A stretch of 63,363 nucleotides of DNA, the filler included, from Choristocarpus tenellus KU-1152 (taxonomy: Eukaryota; Protista; Phaeophyceae), in assembly GCA_964200185.2 (NCBI GenBank). It is 11 parts of 11 records of this genome, joined end to end, with 100 filler letters (N's around TTAATTAATTAA, not from the genome) between each part and the next. Parts side by side here need not be neighbours in the genome. Positions count along the whole stretch, not along the records: positions 1 to 5,207 come from CAXNAD020011509.1; positions 5,308 to 12,402 come from CAXNAD020006709.1; 9 more parts are not named here. One strand, 5' to 3'. Position numbers and translations under genes: made by a program. Position 1 is the stretch's first letter. Every line of letters begins with the position of its first letter. Shown here piece after piece: positions 1 through 11,223 of this stretch. The notes beneath the pieces were generated by a model. That model ran no database searches. It had not been told where the DNA came from and saw only the letters and a program-made list of their open reading frames with translations.

Positions 1-39
1 AAATGGATGCCGACACCCCCCCCCAAGATACTTTGATCC
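1..39. mobile_element. MITE family B, terminal fragment at contig edge
   Basis: AAATGGA..C-run..AGATACTTTGATCC matches the family B end (compare 53200-53236). Confidence 0.75.
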
Positions 40-483
40 TGATGATGGTAGTTAAGGCTAGAGTCTCACCCACGAGCTCAGTCAGCGGAATCGAGGCCAC
101 TCTCCCCTTGTAATACTAACATTGTTCATCTACATCAAGCTATTCTTTGTCCTTCATTAAAGCACCATAAAAGCCGCGGGTCCAGTGTGGGATAGTTCAA
201 CACGCTACGTAGCGGACCGAATATTCCTGGGACGTTGTGCGAAGTGACAAGACTAGTAGTGAGCATTCTGTACAAGACATCTGCCGGCAACCCCATCAGG
301 GTCGCCAACCTCCCCACGTTTGCTGGGAAGTAGGGAGAGGATTTCCTCGCTTTTTCAGTGAGAGCCCAAGCTACCCTTAGAGTCTATGACTGTCACTTCG
401 GTCTTCATGGCTCCGACACCATCTGTAGGGGATCAGTCTGGGCAGTGGACGTGGAGTTGAGGTAGAGACTTCAAGCATGGAGT

Positions 484-873
484 TTGTCAAGTTCTTCAAG
501 TGGCGAAGGTAACCGCCATGTTGTGGTTGTGAGTGCGGGAAGGTGGACTGCTGGTAAAAAGGGTCGAGGAAAGGGCTGTGTAGTCTGTTTTATGTGTGCC
601 AAAGATGGCCACACCAAGTATGACTGCCCCAACCTCGATCGGGCTACAAAACTGGGGGAAGATGACGGTCAAGGTAGAAGATGCATGAGATGCACAGGGT
701 TAGGTCACGAGATGAGCGAATGTCCCCTGACTGTTCGAGCCAGGGAGAGGACAAGAAGACCTTCTGGAAAGGGGGCTAAGGAGGAATCGCATATGGTACC
801 GACCACAACTCCTCCCCCAACCGAATCTCGAGAGGTGGTTGGAAGGCTTCATCAGGAGCTCTTATTTCGGTGA
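484..873 (+). pseudogene. Retroelement Gag nucleocapsid fragment with two CCHC zinc knuckles
   Basis: CFMCAKDGHTKYDC and CMRCTGLGHEMSEC both fit CX2CX4HX4C; upstream frame is broken by stops. Confidence 0.8.
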
Positions 874-1137
874 CAGAGAAAATTACCCCTTGTGACAGTC
901 TTCCCTTGTGTTAATTGTCATTCTGAATTATTTTAATTTGAGTTTGTCCCCCATCTGTCTTGTCTATTTTGGTGCATACCCACAGTAGTCAAGTGACAGC
1001 TGTGGTGTTTTATGCAGACTGACTTTAGATGGAAGAACTATTAAAGTCAGGGAGAGGCTTTCCTCGTGTTTGTGTGTATGGTATTTCAGTGATAAGTCGA
1101 TTGTTTAGTACTACTTTTTCCAAAGATTAACTTTAGG

Positions 1138-1755
1138 CGTGACACTAGGGATATTTCGTGGATCGTGGGAGACGAAACATAGTATTGCTAAGGACCTCGC
1201 TATTTCCAGGATCGTGAGAGATGCAACATGGTATTGCTAAGGACCCACCATTCCATGGATCGTGGGATACGCATTTTGGTACGGCTAAGGACCCACAGTA
1301 GAAAACACCCCAGGATGTGTTCGTAGAGATTGTGATAGAGGATAGGTAGGAAGTGACAGTTCCACCATATTGCTTTGTTCCGAAGATTTGTAGTGGTGAT
1401 GTACTAGGGAAGTTTCGTTGATTGTAGGAGAGACGCTGGATGTATTGCTAAGGACCTTGCCATTTCATGGATTGTGGGAGACACAATGGGACATCGCTAA
1501 GGACTTGCAGGAGAAAGTACCCCATAATGTTTCCCCTGGAGGCTACAATAGGGAAGTAGATATGAGGTAGGATCTGTGTTCCGATAATCTGCAGTAGTGA
1601 TGTACTAGGGAAGTTTCGTTGATTGTAGGAGACGCTGGATGTATTGTTAAGGACCCTGCCATTTCATGGATTGTGGGAGACGCAACGGGACATCGCTAAG
1701 GACTTGTAGGAGAAAGTACCCCATAATGTTTCCACTGAAGGCTGCAATAGGATAA
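1138..1755. repeat. Hierarchical tandem repeat (about 46-bp subunits inside about 200-bp higher-order units)
   Basis: Subunit TTCATGGATCGTGGGAGACGCAAC..GTATTGCTAAGGACC recurs about 7 times; 1390-1552 and 1591-1751 are near-duplicates. Confidence 0.85.
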
Positions 1756-1975
1756 AGGTTTAGATTTATAACTGAGTTTTTGTACCTATACAAACCCAAT
1801 TTCAACTTTGATGTTAGGGTATATTTATTGCAAAGTTTGTTTGTTTCTGAAAGTTTTCAGAGAAGTAGATTCTAAGGGTGTATAGTGTCTGCGCAGCAAG
1901 GGAGAGTGTTCGTAGATAGTGCTGCTGATACACTATAGACACCAATTGTGGATTATGCGATAGGATAATCCCCTT

Positions 1976-1992
1976 CCCAGATACTTTGAGCC
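1976..1992. mobile_element. Isolated family B-type TIR end
   Basis: CCCAGATACTTTGAGCC, identical to the family B terminus. Confidence 0.6.
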
Positions 1993-2189
1993 AGGTGTGC
2001 CTCCCCCTGGCTTACCTGTCTTCTCCCCAAACTTCGGCTTCCCCTCCTGGTGCTTGCCACTGGGTTCGTCTTGCTTGGTTTGTTTTTTGTCGAATGCCCG
2101 GGCCGGGCCCTCTCATACGTTCTTCACTTCTCAGCTTGCTCCTTCACCACCTCAAAGATCTGGTCTGGATCCTTTTTGAGCTCAGGGTC

Positions 2190-2445
2190 GAGTGAATGTA
2201 TCGTAGAGGGTACGAATTTGCTCTGTTTGTCCATTTGGGATTAGACTTTCAACCATTAAAAAAAAAAAAACACTTTTACCTACTCCGAAACATTTTGGAG
2301 TAGGTAAGATGTATATGCTATGAAAAGGTGTGTTTGGAACAAGGATATTGACACTTCTAACACAGTAGCCAAAATTTAATCAAAATCGCAACATTGGATT
2401 TTGGCACCCAACGGACACGGCTCTACCATCCAAGATACCTTTCTC
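2190..2445 (+). mobile_element. MITE family A, degenerate copy
   Basis: GAGTGAATGTATCGTAGAGGGTA ... CTACCATCCAAGATACCTTTCTC; interior colinear with 2602-2859. Confidence 0.9.
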
Positions 2446-2601
2446 TGGCCCTGCCTTCCAAGCCTCCCCTACATGTCCTGCATTCCGACGGAAAGCGCCA
2501 TCCAGAAGATTGTTATCTTCTAGATGGCCCTCAATGCCCTGGGTCACTCCTATGACCTGATCAGCAGTAAAGACCCGATCAGCAGCGTACCCTTCATTTC
2601 C

Positions 2602-2859
2602 GAGTGAATGTATCTTAGAGGGTGCGAGTTTTGCCCTGTTTTTCCATTTGGGGCTTGGCTTCCCACTTTTTTTTAATGACATTTTCCTACTCCAAAATAT
2701 TTCGGAGTGGGTAAAATATATGCGTTCAGAAATGGTGCGTCCAGAATATGGATATTGACACTTCCTAGCAACCACGATAGCCAAAATTACATCAAAGTCG
2801 CAACATTGGATTTTGGCCCCCAAATGGACGCGGCTCTACCCTCTGAGATACTTTGGCTC
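2602..2859 (+). mobile_element. MITE family A, full length (258 bp), 4-bp TSD TTCC
   Basis: Imperfect 23-bp TIRs GAGTGAATGTATCTTAGAGGGTG / TACCCTCTGAGATACTTTGGCTC; TTCC at 2598-2601 and 2860-2863. Confidence 0.95.
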
Positions 2860-3429
2860 TTCCCATCCAAGCCACCCTCTGCAAATCCCCTTGGATTTGC
2901 CTAATGTCGAAGGTGCAGTCTTTGTTGTTGACTCGAACCACTTTCTTGAGTGCGTTCAGGGGATTTCGTCCTCCGTTGCTGTAGCCCAATTGTTCTTGAG
3001 TTCTCCCTCACCATTGCTCGTCTCTGAGCAACAGTTAGGAACTTGGGCAGCGTCATAAGCGCAATTTGCACACCTCCTTTGAGTGCTGCACCCAAACGCT
3101 CACCTTGTATTCACACCGACCCGTCAGAAACTCCCCTACCTCCTTCTCTGCCAGTCTATCAACCCGTGGAGGTTGAATATGCTGCGCAATCTGCAGCTTA
3201 GACCAATCGGTATCACGCAAGCCCCCCCAGGGTGTGCCAGTTCCATCTCCGTCGTTCCTTGACATGTTGAACCCCTTCACTCTAGTCGCTCTGCTGGTTT
3301 CTGCCCGGTTGCGCACACTCCAAGCTCCAGCAAGCTCCTGCAATCACGTGTTGCCCCCCTCCAGTCAATTCTAGCCCTGTGCTCAATCCTATGGTCAGTT
3401 CTAGAGAATTTAGTTTATCTATAGACAGC

Positions 3430-4927
3430 TCAACCACAGTAACTGATGTATGATGGCTTGTAAGGGCTCCACCCCATGTTGGAGCTTATACCTCTGTTAT
3501 TTGTTGAAGGAGTGAGCATAGATCCTGTCAAGGACCACCTATGTTCCAAAAACCAAATAATGCAAACGCCTCAGCTATGTTAAGAAAAACCTACATGCTG
3601 TTTCTGCAGACAGGAGATATATGATACTATCAACAACGAGCAAGAACTGGAGGTCAAGGGTGATACTTTGGGATGTACTTTGGGTACGTGGTATACCATC
3701 CCGAATATTGAGGACTGGGACCCTGAGGCGAGAAGGTGGAGAATTTACGAACTCCAAATCAAGAACAAGCAACCTGAAAACTTTGCGGAATGGTTTGCGG
3801 ATAAATCTGGAGAAATCGGGGGAACTTTAACACCTCAAGAGAACGCTGGGAAGAAAATGGAGTAAGGCAAATGCATCATTTGCCAATAAGTCAGAAAAAA
3901 CACTTCGTGACTGGCACAACATACTGGGGTACATCAGTCAATCAGCCATAAAACATTTCGAAAAGTGTGGATTCTCGAAGATCGCAGATGCTACGGTGGC
4001 TTTCAAGAGGAGGTGCAAGACTTGCAAGGAGTGCAAATAGGAGGAACCTAACTACCAAAGGTGAGGTCGAAACCCCAAACAGCCTGGTGAGGTTATACAC
4101 ACGGATCTGGCAGGACCATTCCATCCGGACGTCACAGGACACAAATACTTCCAGGTATTTACTGACGAGAGCAGCAGGGACAGCGGATTTACAGTTTGGG
4201 GGCCAGAGATGCACACTGACGAGATGTCAACAGAAGGCGTGGTTGTGAAGTGCATCAATGGAAATGGTGTTGAGGAGCTTGGGAAATTAGTTCGATTCCA
4301 ATCCATGCTAGCGAACAACAGGATTTGATGGAGGAAGTCGTCGATTGAAAGCATTTAAGAGGGTAAGGCCGCGTGTCCATTTGGGGTCCAAAAACCAATG
4401 TTGCGATATTGATTGCTGTTGGCTATTGCGTTTCTTAGCAAGTGTCAATGTCCTTGCTCCGGATGCACCTTTCATTGTTGTATACATATTTTAGGTAACT
4501 GTGTTCACACAGAAAACCGAAAAGGGCAAAAAAAAACTGTGGGAAGTCAAGCCCCAAACGGACAAAGAGGGTAAAACTCCTACCCTCGTAAATGCTTTTG
4601 GGTCCACCACTACACACACTCCAGAGCAACGGGATCGCAGAACGGTCCATCAATAATGGAGGGTGCAAGGAGCCAACTGGTGAAAGTGGGATAGGGCGAT
4701 GAGTTCTTGTTCTTTGCCATAACGGACTTGGCTCATTCAAAACTAGAGGGATGTCGCATATCTACCAGGGTGGGGAGACACCATGCGAGCAACTCGCAGG
4801 AAAATCATTAAACTATGATAGGCCGAGAGTCTGGGGGAGTGAATGCTACGTACGCCAGACAAAACAGCGGCAGGGAGCTTCATCGAATTTCCACCTTCTA
4901 TGCCAAGAGGGGACTGCTAATGGGAAA
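3430..4927 (+). mobile_element. Ty1/Copia pol remnant (GAG-pre-integrase + integrase core + SH3-like C-terminus), pseudogenised
   Basis: Broken frames give WHNILGYISQ..CKTCKECK, VIHTDLAGPFHPD..HKYFQVFTDE, QSNGIAERSI and NYDRPRVWGSECYV; interrupted by a MITE at 4343-4604. Confidence 0.88.
4343..4604 (-). mobile_element. MITE family A, diverged subfamily (AAAGCATTT core), inserted in Copia integrase
   Basis: GATTGAAAGCATTTAAGAGGGTA..GTCCATTTGGGG on the left, TACCCTCGTAAATGCTTTT on the right; interior is a reverse-oriented family A homologue. Confidence 0.8.
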
Positions 4928-5207
4928 TTATCCAACCACCGGGCTGAAGGTTTCAAAGAAGTCCACTCCTGCATTTTGGGTGAACCCACGGGCCACAAGT
5001 CTAGCCTTATATCTTTCCACTGACGCGTCTGATGAGTGCTTGATCTTGAAGACAAATCGTGTCTTGATAGCTTTCCTCCATTGGGGCAGGGCCTTGTCAC
5101 TAAAAGTCCCTTTTTGCCATAGCCCTGACATTTCCTTCTCCATTGCCTCTTGCCACTGCTCTGCATCTGGCCCATTCAAGGCCGCCTTTGTTGTGGATGG
5201 CTCGTCT
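4928..5207 (-). pseudogene. Ty1/Copia reverse transcriptase N-terminal part (RVT_2), inverted relative to adjacent integrase
   Basis: WQEAMEKEMSGLWQKGTF..KAIKTRFVFKIK..VERYKARLVARGFTQNAGVDFFETFSPV is the canonical Copia RT start. Confidence 0.95.
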
Positions 5208-5307
5208 NNNNNNNNNNNNNNNNNNNNNNNNNNNNNNNNNNNNNNNNNNNNTTAATTAATTAANNNNNNNNNNNNNNNNNNNNNNNNNNNNNNNNNNNNN
5301 NNNNNNN
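5208..5307. other. Artificial contig linker (44N-TTAATTAATTAA-44N); identical linkers at 12403-12502, 21921-22020, 24973-25072, 28187-28286, 39314-39413, 44326-44425, 49177-49276, 55747-55846, 58616-58715
   Basis: Ten identical 100-bp blocks with a six-frame-stop/PacI core; the window is a concatenation of 11 contigs. Confidence 0.98.
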
Positions 5308-5471
5308 GGGGGGGGGGGGGGTCTACAACAGAGTGTCCATTTGGCCCAAAATCAGGAAAAGTGCATCTACATTATCCATCTGATGTATGCAACCAAATCA
5401 CCCAAAAAACGCGATATCAAAAAATTGACGCCAAATGGACAGCCACCACCCCCACCCAGATACTTTGAGCC
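5308..5471 (-). mobile_element. MITE family B, nearly complete, truncated at G-run by contig edge
   Basis: Colinear with 18262-18441; ends CCCAGATACTTTGAGCC. Confidence 0.92.
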
Positions 5472-6316
5472 TTCACTCCGTTGAAGAGCTACAAGAGTAG
5501 TAGTAGTGCACTGGGATTTATTTGGTTTTTTGCGAAGTATTGAATCGATACGTTGTTGGGGATTGGTCAAGTGGCTTAGGTGTGGCGGGCAATCCCCTTT
5601 TGAGGATGTGATGGATGGGAGGGAAGATACTACAGCATAGGGCTAGACTGCTAAGAAAAAGATGAAATTTGCAGGGCTTCCACGAGAGGAATGCAGCTGA
5701 GTATGTATGCACAGACACCTTGAAAAAGAAGTTTAGAAAATGTCCAATGTCGAGGGCAACTTTTTATATTTTCCTTTTCAAGGTACACTACTGTAGAAAT
5801 GGGCGCGCCAATGCTCGCAATGAGCGGGATACTGTGATGGCTGAAAGCTATACGGATTCTGATTTTATTGTGTACAACACCTGAAGGTTGGAATGAACAG
5901 TACGTCAATCGACTTTAACACAACTTTGGCCTTCCCCTGATGAAGGCACATGCTGTGACTACTGCCTGCTTAATCCTGTCCTTGGACGGCACGACACCCA
6001 GAAACTTAGGGTTAGGGTTAGACCCCACAACACCCAGAAAGTCTCTTTGATGAGATTCAACGTGGGAAAAGGTATCTCAGAGAGTACTGTAATAGTACCC
6101 CCTCACGTACTTTTTTTCCGCCCTCGAGAAAGACCAAGATCCACCTCATATTTCACAATGGTGCTGTTGAGTTGGGTGGGTGAAGAGCCGCCTATTACAC
6201 GACAAAAAAAGGCAGCGGTGCAAGGGAAAGCCGACCCCAACTGCGTAGCAGAGAGGAGGTGAGGGGACCCGTTCTAGGAGAAAACCTTTGGGTCGTGTTT
6301 GCTTCGCTTGTCATAT

Positions 6317-6568
6317 GAGTGAAAGTATCTTAGAGGGTACGAGTTTTGCCCTGTTTGTCCATTTGGGACTTGGCTTCCAATGGGTTCTCTTATGACATTT
6401 TCCTAATCCAAAATATTCTGGAGTGGGTAAAATGTATTCCTTATGAAAAGGTGAGTCTGGAACAAGGATACTGACACTTCTTAACAAGCACAATAGCCAA
6501 AATTACATCAGAATCGCCACATTGGATTTTGGACCGACGTGGCTCTACCCTCTAAGATACTTTGGCTC
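6317..6568 (+). mobile_element. MITE family A, full length, 4-bp TSD ATAT
   Basis: GAGTGAAAGTATCTTAGAGGGTA ... TACCCTCTAAGATACTTTGGCTC; ATAT at 6313-6316 and 6569-6572. Confidence 0.95.
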
Positions 6569-8174
6569 ATATTTGCCGTGGGAAGAGGCTGATCCAGTTG
6601 ACATGAACTTGCGGTCTTTCTTTCATTGAGTAAGGACACTTCAACAAAAAACCTTGTTGTCACACCTGGGTAGTGCTGTTTATATACTACACCCGGCAGT
6701 GTATGTATTGCACACAGTCATCACCTCCCCGCTCCTGCATCGCCCTCAATTCTACCTCTATTTCCTGGGTGTGTCTCCACTGCCAGCCCAACACAATTGA
6801 GCAGCCCATCTTTGTTTGTACTAGTTCTACCATAAATCTTGATACCTTAGGGTCAGAGTGATTCTATGGCAAAGCCGTCCAAGTTTCTAGACTTCAAGTC
6901 CACTCATAAATTACTTCCTACCGAGAGGTACTTCCACATGAGTGAGTTCCAGTGTATCGACATCAAAAACCGTCAGAGACTAGCCCTCCTCCTTAGGTCT
7001 TCATGTGGCTTGTGCACGAAGAACCTTGCTTGCTATCCACAGAGGATGTATGAGGCGGAGCGATGGAAATGTCCGCTAACTTGAATAAGCTTGAACACAA
7101 AGTCTAGTATCTTTTCCTGAAGTTTGAACACCAAAAATCTGTAGCACAAAAAATATGTTGTTCTTGCATTTTCCCTCTCTCATTCTCCTCCTTTGACGTG
7201 TTCCTTAGAGATGTACTATTGAGCTCTACAAGCTCCTCCTACCGCAACTGCTCTATCCCAGACTAACGCACTTGAACAGGGCATAGTTCTAAAAGTAGTA
7301 ATAATGTCCCATATGAACTTTACAAATATCCTATCTCATGCACTCATGCATGATAACTTTGTCAGCAATAACTCTGTTAAGATGGACACTTGTGTGTTGA
7401 TACGGGGGAGATGACTCTCAGTGACCTGTAGGGCAGTCATTAGGACACCGATTTTCAGCCCCGGATAGGCAAACCCAACTTTGTCATGTCCATAGATGTG
7501 CCAAGCACAAGAGTCATCATGTGACATTTTCTATACCTTTATCAGAAACATGACTCGCCTTCCAATTGTGGGTAAGGGCACACATTAACCAGGCCACACA
7601 TGGGCACACTGTCTCCATCTTGCCCTCAAGAATGTCCATGGTGTCATTAAATTCCCTCAAGTAGCTCGGAAAATGTCTGAGCAAAATCAAATGAGACGTA
7701 GGCAGGTTTGGTCCCTTTTTCATTCTACACTATCTATTTAACCCTTGACAACACACCCTATTTCACTGCTTTATGTGAACAACAGTGTATGCAAAGTTGG
7801 CGTTCCCCTTTTCCACGCACAAAGTGACACCATGATTCAGCAAAGGCTCTTTCTGCAATTGTACAAAGTGGTGTCTCTTTTCTCTTTCTCGGGGTCCTTA
7901 AAATCAACCCTGCCTACCTCTCATTTAGTTTGGCTCTCAAAGGCATTTTCTTCCAATGGCAGTTCTAACTTCCAGGCCTCTGATTTCTTGCTCAGTGTTT
8001 TAGACATTTTTCAGACTGTGCCTAGGGTCGGGATGACTTTGAGAGTAGTTGCATTCCTGAGTGGGACATGATACAATTGGTAACATATTTGCCAATAGAG
8101 GAGCCTGCATGTCACATTGAACCAACAGAGTGTGTTCACCATAAAAAAATCCCTTCAACCTCAACATGGCTCTT

Positions 8175-8422
8175 GAGTGAAAGTATCTTAGAGGGTACGA
8201 GTTTTGCCTTGTTTGTCCATTTGGGGCTTGGCTTCCCTCAGGGTTTTTATGACATTTTCGTAGTCCAAAATATTTCAGAGTAGGTAAAATGTGTATGTTA
8301 CGAAACGGTGTGTTTGGAACAAGGATGTTGACACTCCCTAACAAACACGATAGCCAAATTTACATTGAAATCGCAACAATGTATTTTGGCCCCCAAATGG
8401 ACAGGGCTCTACCCTTTAAGAT
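8175..8422 (+). mobile_element. MITE family A, right end damaged
   Basis: Perfect left TIR; colinear through CCCCAAATGGACAGGGCTCTACCCTTTAAGAT. Confidence 0.9.
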
Positions 8423-8492
8423 GTACAAACATACTTCACTGCTGGACTTGTCTAAGTGTTTACCAGTCTTGTACGATCTCTTGCTCACAGAC

Positions 8493-9985
8493 CTCTTCCT
8501 GTGCCCCACGGAGCTGTTGCTCCAGGCCCCTCGCTCCCACTTCGTGCACAAACTTTCGAACCAGACCAGTATTCTCGGCCTACTCAGAGGGCCAAGGAGC
8601 AAGGAAAATGTAAGAGTGACACAAAGAGTTGAGTATGGACTGGGGATGTGTCAGCATAGGGGGACAAAGGATCATACACAGGCAGGAATTGGGGACAGGG
8701 CAGAGGGCGAAGTTAATGGTGAGAATGTAATTAAATAATGAGGGATGTGTCGAGGGATGTGATGCCGGTGGAAGTCCTCACTCTCTCTTCTTCAATGTCA
8801 TGCAGTAGCTGCCTTGCAATGACACATTAGCAGTACATGAGTCGCGCAATAATTTATGTCTGGTGCTGTGTTTGAAGTATGAGGTGTGTTGGCATGAGGG
8901 TGCTACATGATAACGATAAGGATAGCCAGACACTCAGGGAAGGGGGGGAACAGATGTGCACACAAGATCGCACAACAATTACAGTTCCTTGATCCCAACT
9001 GTAATTTGGGGTTACAGTACGATACAGCCCAATACCTTCTATGAGCTAGGTACTTGATCATATGTACATAGTTATATAAAGTGCATTGTCAAGATTTAAG
9101 ATGATTTCAGGTGTACGGTATTGTTTTGTTTCTGGGAGCTTTTTCGGCAACTGACAGGGTCTTCAAAATTCACTACTTCGAATATTTGATACCCCCTACC
9201 TTTGCAGTGTCCCCCATGATGCGAAACACAATGGCGACGTCTATCTGGACTGTAACATTATCCTTTGTCTTGCATCCCTTCACTGGCATATCAAAGACAA
9301 CACTCTGCTTCGTGACGAGATTTGACACCTCAAGCCACGGCAATCCCCAATGAAAACCTGCGGGCCACACGGCCTTTGGAATATGACCAAATGAAGAACG
9401 GAGGGTGGGAACAGGTGAATGGGTGGTATCATTTAGGGATATCGATGGTTCCTAAAATTGATGTGCTTTACTTATCCGCTTGCATTTAATAACTCGGGAG
9501 GACGGAAACGATGATGGGTCGCCCACCTCGCCGTTGTAGTCGACATCTGCTCCATGCTTCGTGACCAATGCATAGTAGCCCTCAGGTATAGTAAAGAATG
9601 GCCTGCAAGGGCTACAATGGGGACAGATTGGAATGTGGTGATTTAAGGGAGACCGGGGAAAGAGTGCAAGTCAGACTCTGTAAGTTCGAAGGCATCAAGA
9701 CATTCTCTTTTGCCTTCATTTCCTCGCTAAGGACCCTAACAAAAAGTAAATCTAGTTCAACTTTTGTTGCCGAACACACGAATCTCATATATTAGGACTA
9801 CAGAAGTTCGAACCGGTTACAACCCTGAGAGATTAAGTATGCGAGCTTGCTTCTTAGGTTTATGTTGGGTGGCGTTGAACTTACTTGCGGCCTGGACGGC
9901 AGATGAGGAGACCTTTATTTTCTCCAAAGGCGTCAGATGCACATGCCACGTCGCCAATGTCTGCCGATATTAAACTCTGTGCCAT
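8493..9985 (-). CDS. SPFH/Band-7 (stomatin/prohibitin-like) domain protein, first four exons (3' part not found)
   Basis: Phase-consistent GT-AG exons 9985-9885, 9611-9527, 9373-9200, 8579-8493 give MAQSLISADIGD..FFTIPEGYYALVTKHG..WPAGFHWGLPW..VFDMPVKGCKTKDNVTVQIDVAIVFRI..LEQQLRGAQEE; the TKDNVTVxIDxxxxFRI motif is typical of SPFH. Confidence 0.88.
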
Positions 9986-10382
9986 TGTCCGTGCCAACCA
10001 AGCATTGCGCCAATCTTCGTGGAGATATTTGTGGACAAAGGGAAGCGAGGCAACGATAATCAGTTGTGAGTGCGAGATTGTGGACACTTGATCGCGTGGA
10101 GTTCCAAAAAATTATATTCACAACAGTTTTACAGTTTCATCAAATCATGTTCATCACCGTGCGGCGTGTTTCCCTATGGTCAACTCTCTTCACTCTCAAC
10201 ATACTACTATATCTCGTTGCACACACCTCTGCCTTTCTCCAAATTCAGTGGTCCATGCCTTGGTACCACAGGAGGGTGAGCAGTGTCGTGTCTTTCCTAG
10301 TGAGAACGAGATAATAACCTCAATTCAAGGACGTCTGGGTGACTGGCAATAACAGTGAGTCTTGGTAGCTGAGGTGCAAAGG
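9986..10382. promoter_or_regulatory. Putative bidirectional promoter / shared 5' region
   Basis: 397 bp between the divergent ATGs of the SPFH gene (9985) and XPD (10383); free of recognisable TEs. Confidence 0.55.
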
Positions 10383-11223
10383 ATGCGGTTCGATCTCGAT
10401 GGTTTGGATGTGTTCTTCCCTTATGAGTACATGTACCCCGAGCAGTACGACTATATGCTTGAGCTCAAGCGTTCTCTAGATGCCAAGGGACACTGCTTAC
10501 TGGAAATGCCAACAGGTGAGTAGAGTCAGGGTTTCGATGGGAGGACGATTCAACGTCGACATGTCGTTTGTCCTAAGAGAGGTGGAAACCAGTGCCAGGA
10601 GTACTATCGAGAAAAAACGTACGGAAGATACCTTGCCCATCAGGAGAAGAGTATTCGTTTCAAGGGGCGTTGAGGCATGAGGCTTGGCGACGTTAGCAAT
10701 GGTGAAGGTTGGGTGTGGTGTGCGCGAGAACCTACACGATCTCTGAACACTTTTAAGACCCCTTGGCAGCCGGGGAGGATTACGATGCGTAGACATCTTC
10801 AGCTATTACCGGTGCAGAAGATATTGAATTAAGCACGGGTCGTGAAACGTTTGGTAAAGGGCTAAAATGGTTTGATAACGACCGAGCTTTCTACGTGACT
10901 GGTGATGACCTTGCACCAAGTTCTCGTCATTCTGTACATCCACGCACACATCACCTTTACTGCACCTATTGCCCCTCGTGTTACTGTCGGTGGATTGGGG
11001 CTCATTTGCGAATTTGCATCTTCCGGGCGGCAATTTGTTTACTACAGGGACGGGCAAGACTGTGTGCCTGATATCACTCATCACATCCTATCAGTTTGCA
11101 CACCCTGAGGTGGGCAAGCTAATATATTGCACTCGCACAGTTCCCGAGATGATGAAGTGCGTGGAGGAGCTTAAGCGGGTGATCAAATACAGAGCGAATC
11201 AGATTGGACCTGAGGGAGAAAAG
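10383..11223 (+). CDS. ERCC2: TFIIH DNA helicase XPD (ERCC2/RAD3), first two exons
   Basis: Exons 10383-10515 and 11048-11223 give [76 protein letters not shown] (Q motif, Walker A, motif Ia). Confidence 0.97.

Larger units (their letters stand above)
40..1970 (+). mobile_element. Non-autonomous LTR retroelement (gag-only, TRIM/LARD-like), degraded
   Basis: Putative LTR end ...TAGTTCAACA at 202, zinc-knuckle ORF 484-873, tandem repeats 1138-1755, polypurine tract AAGGGAGAG 1898-1906 then TGTT at 1907. A homologous, rearranged copy lies at 28307-28520. Confidence 0.6.
1993..3343 (-). pseudogene. Probable degraded retrotransposon gag-like region interrupted by two family A MITEs
   Basis: Fragmented coding-like frames (e.g. 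3053-3343 MSRNDGDG..QPPRVDRLAEKEVGEFL); no diagnostic motif seen. Confidence 0.3.

Noticed and set aside
1138-1755. Possible CRISPR-like array
   Set aside because: Units are degenerate over their whole length with no unique spacers, there are no cas genes, and the context is a eukaryotic retroelement.
2380-2989. Recurring short ORFs with motifs such as GQNSYPLRYFHS, PSPKWTNRAKL, APKWTRLYPL (also near 6311, 8000, 19942, 44554)
   Set aside because: Chance translations of family A MITE sequence; frames and stops differ between copies.
5252-5263. TTAATTAATTAA palindrome repeated ten times
   Set aside because: Always centred in 44N+44N; an artificial linker, not biology.
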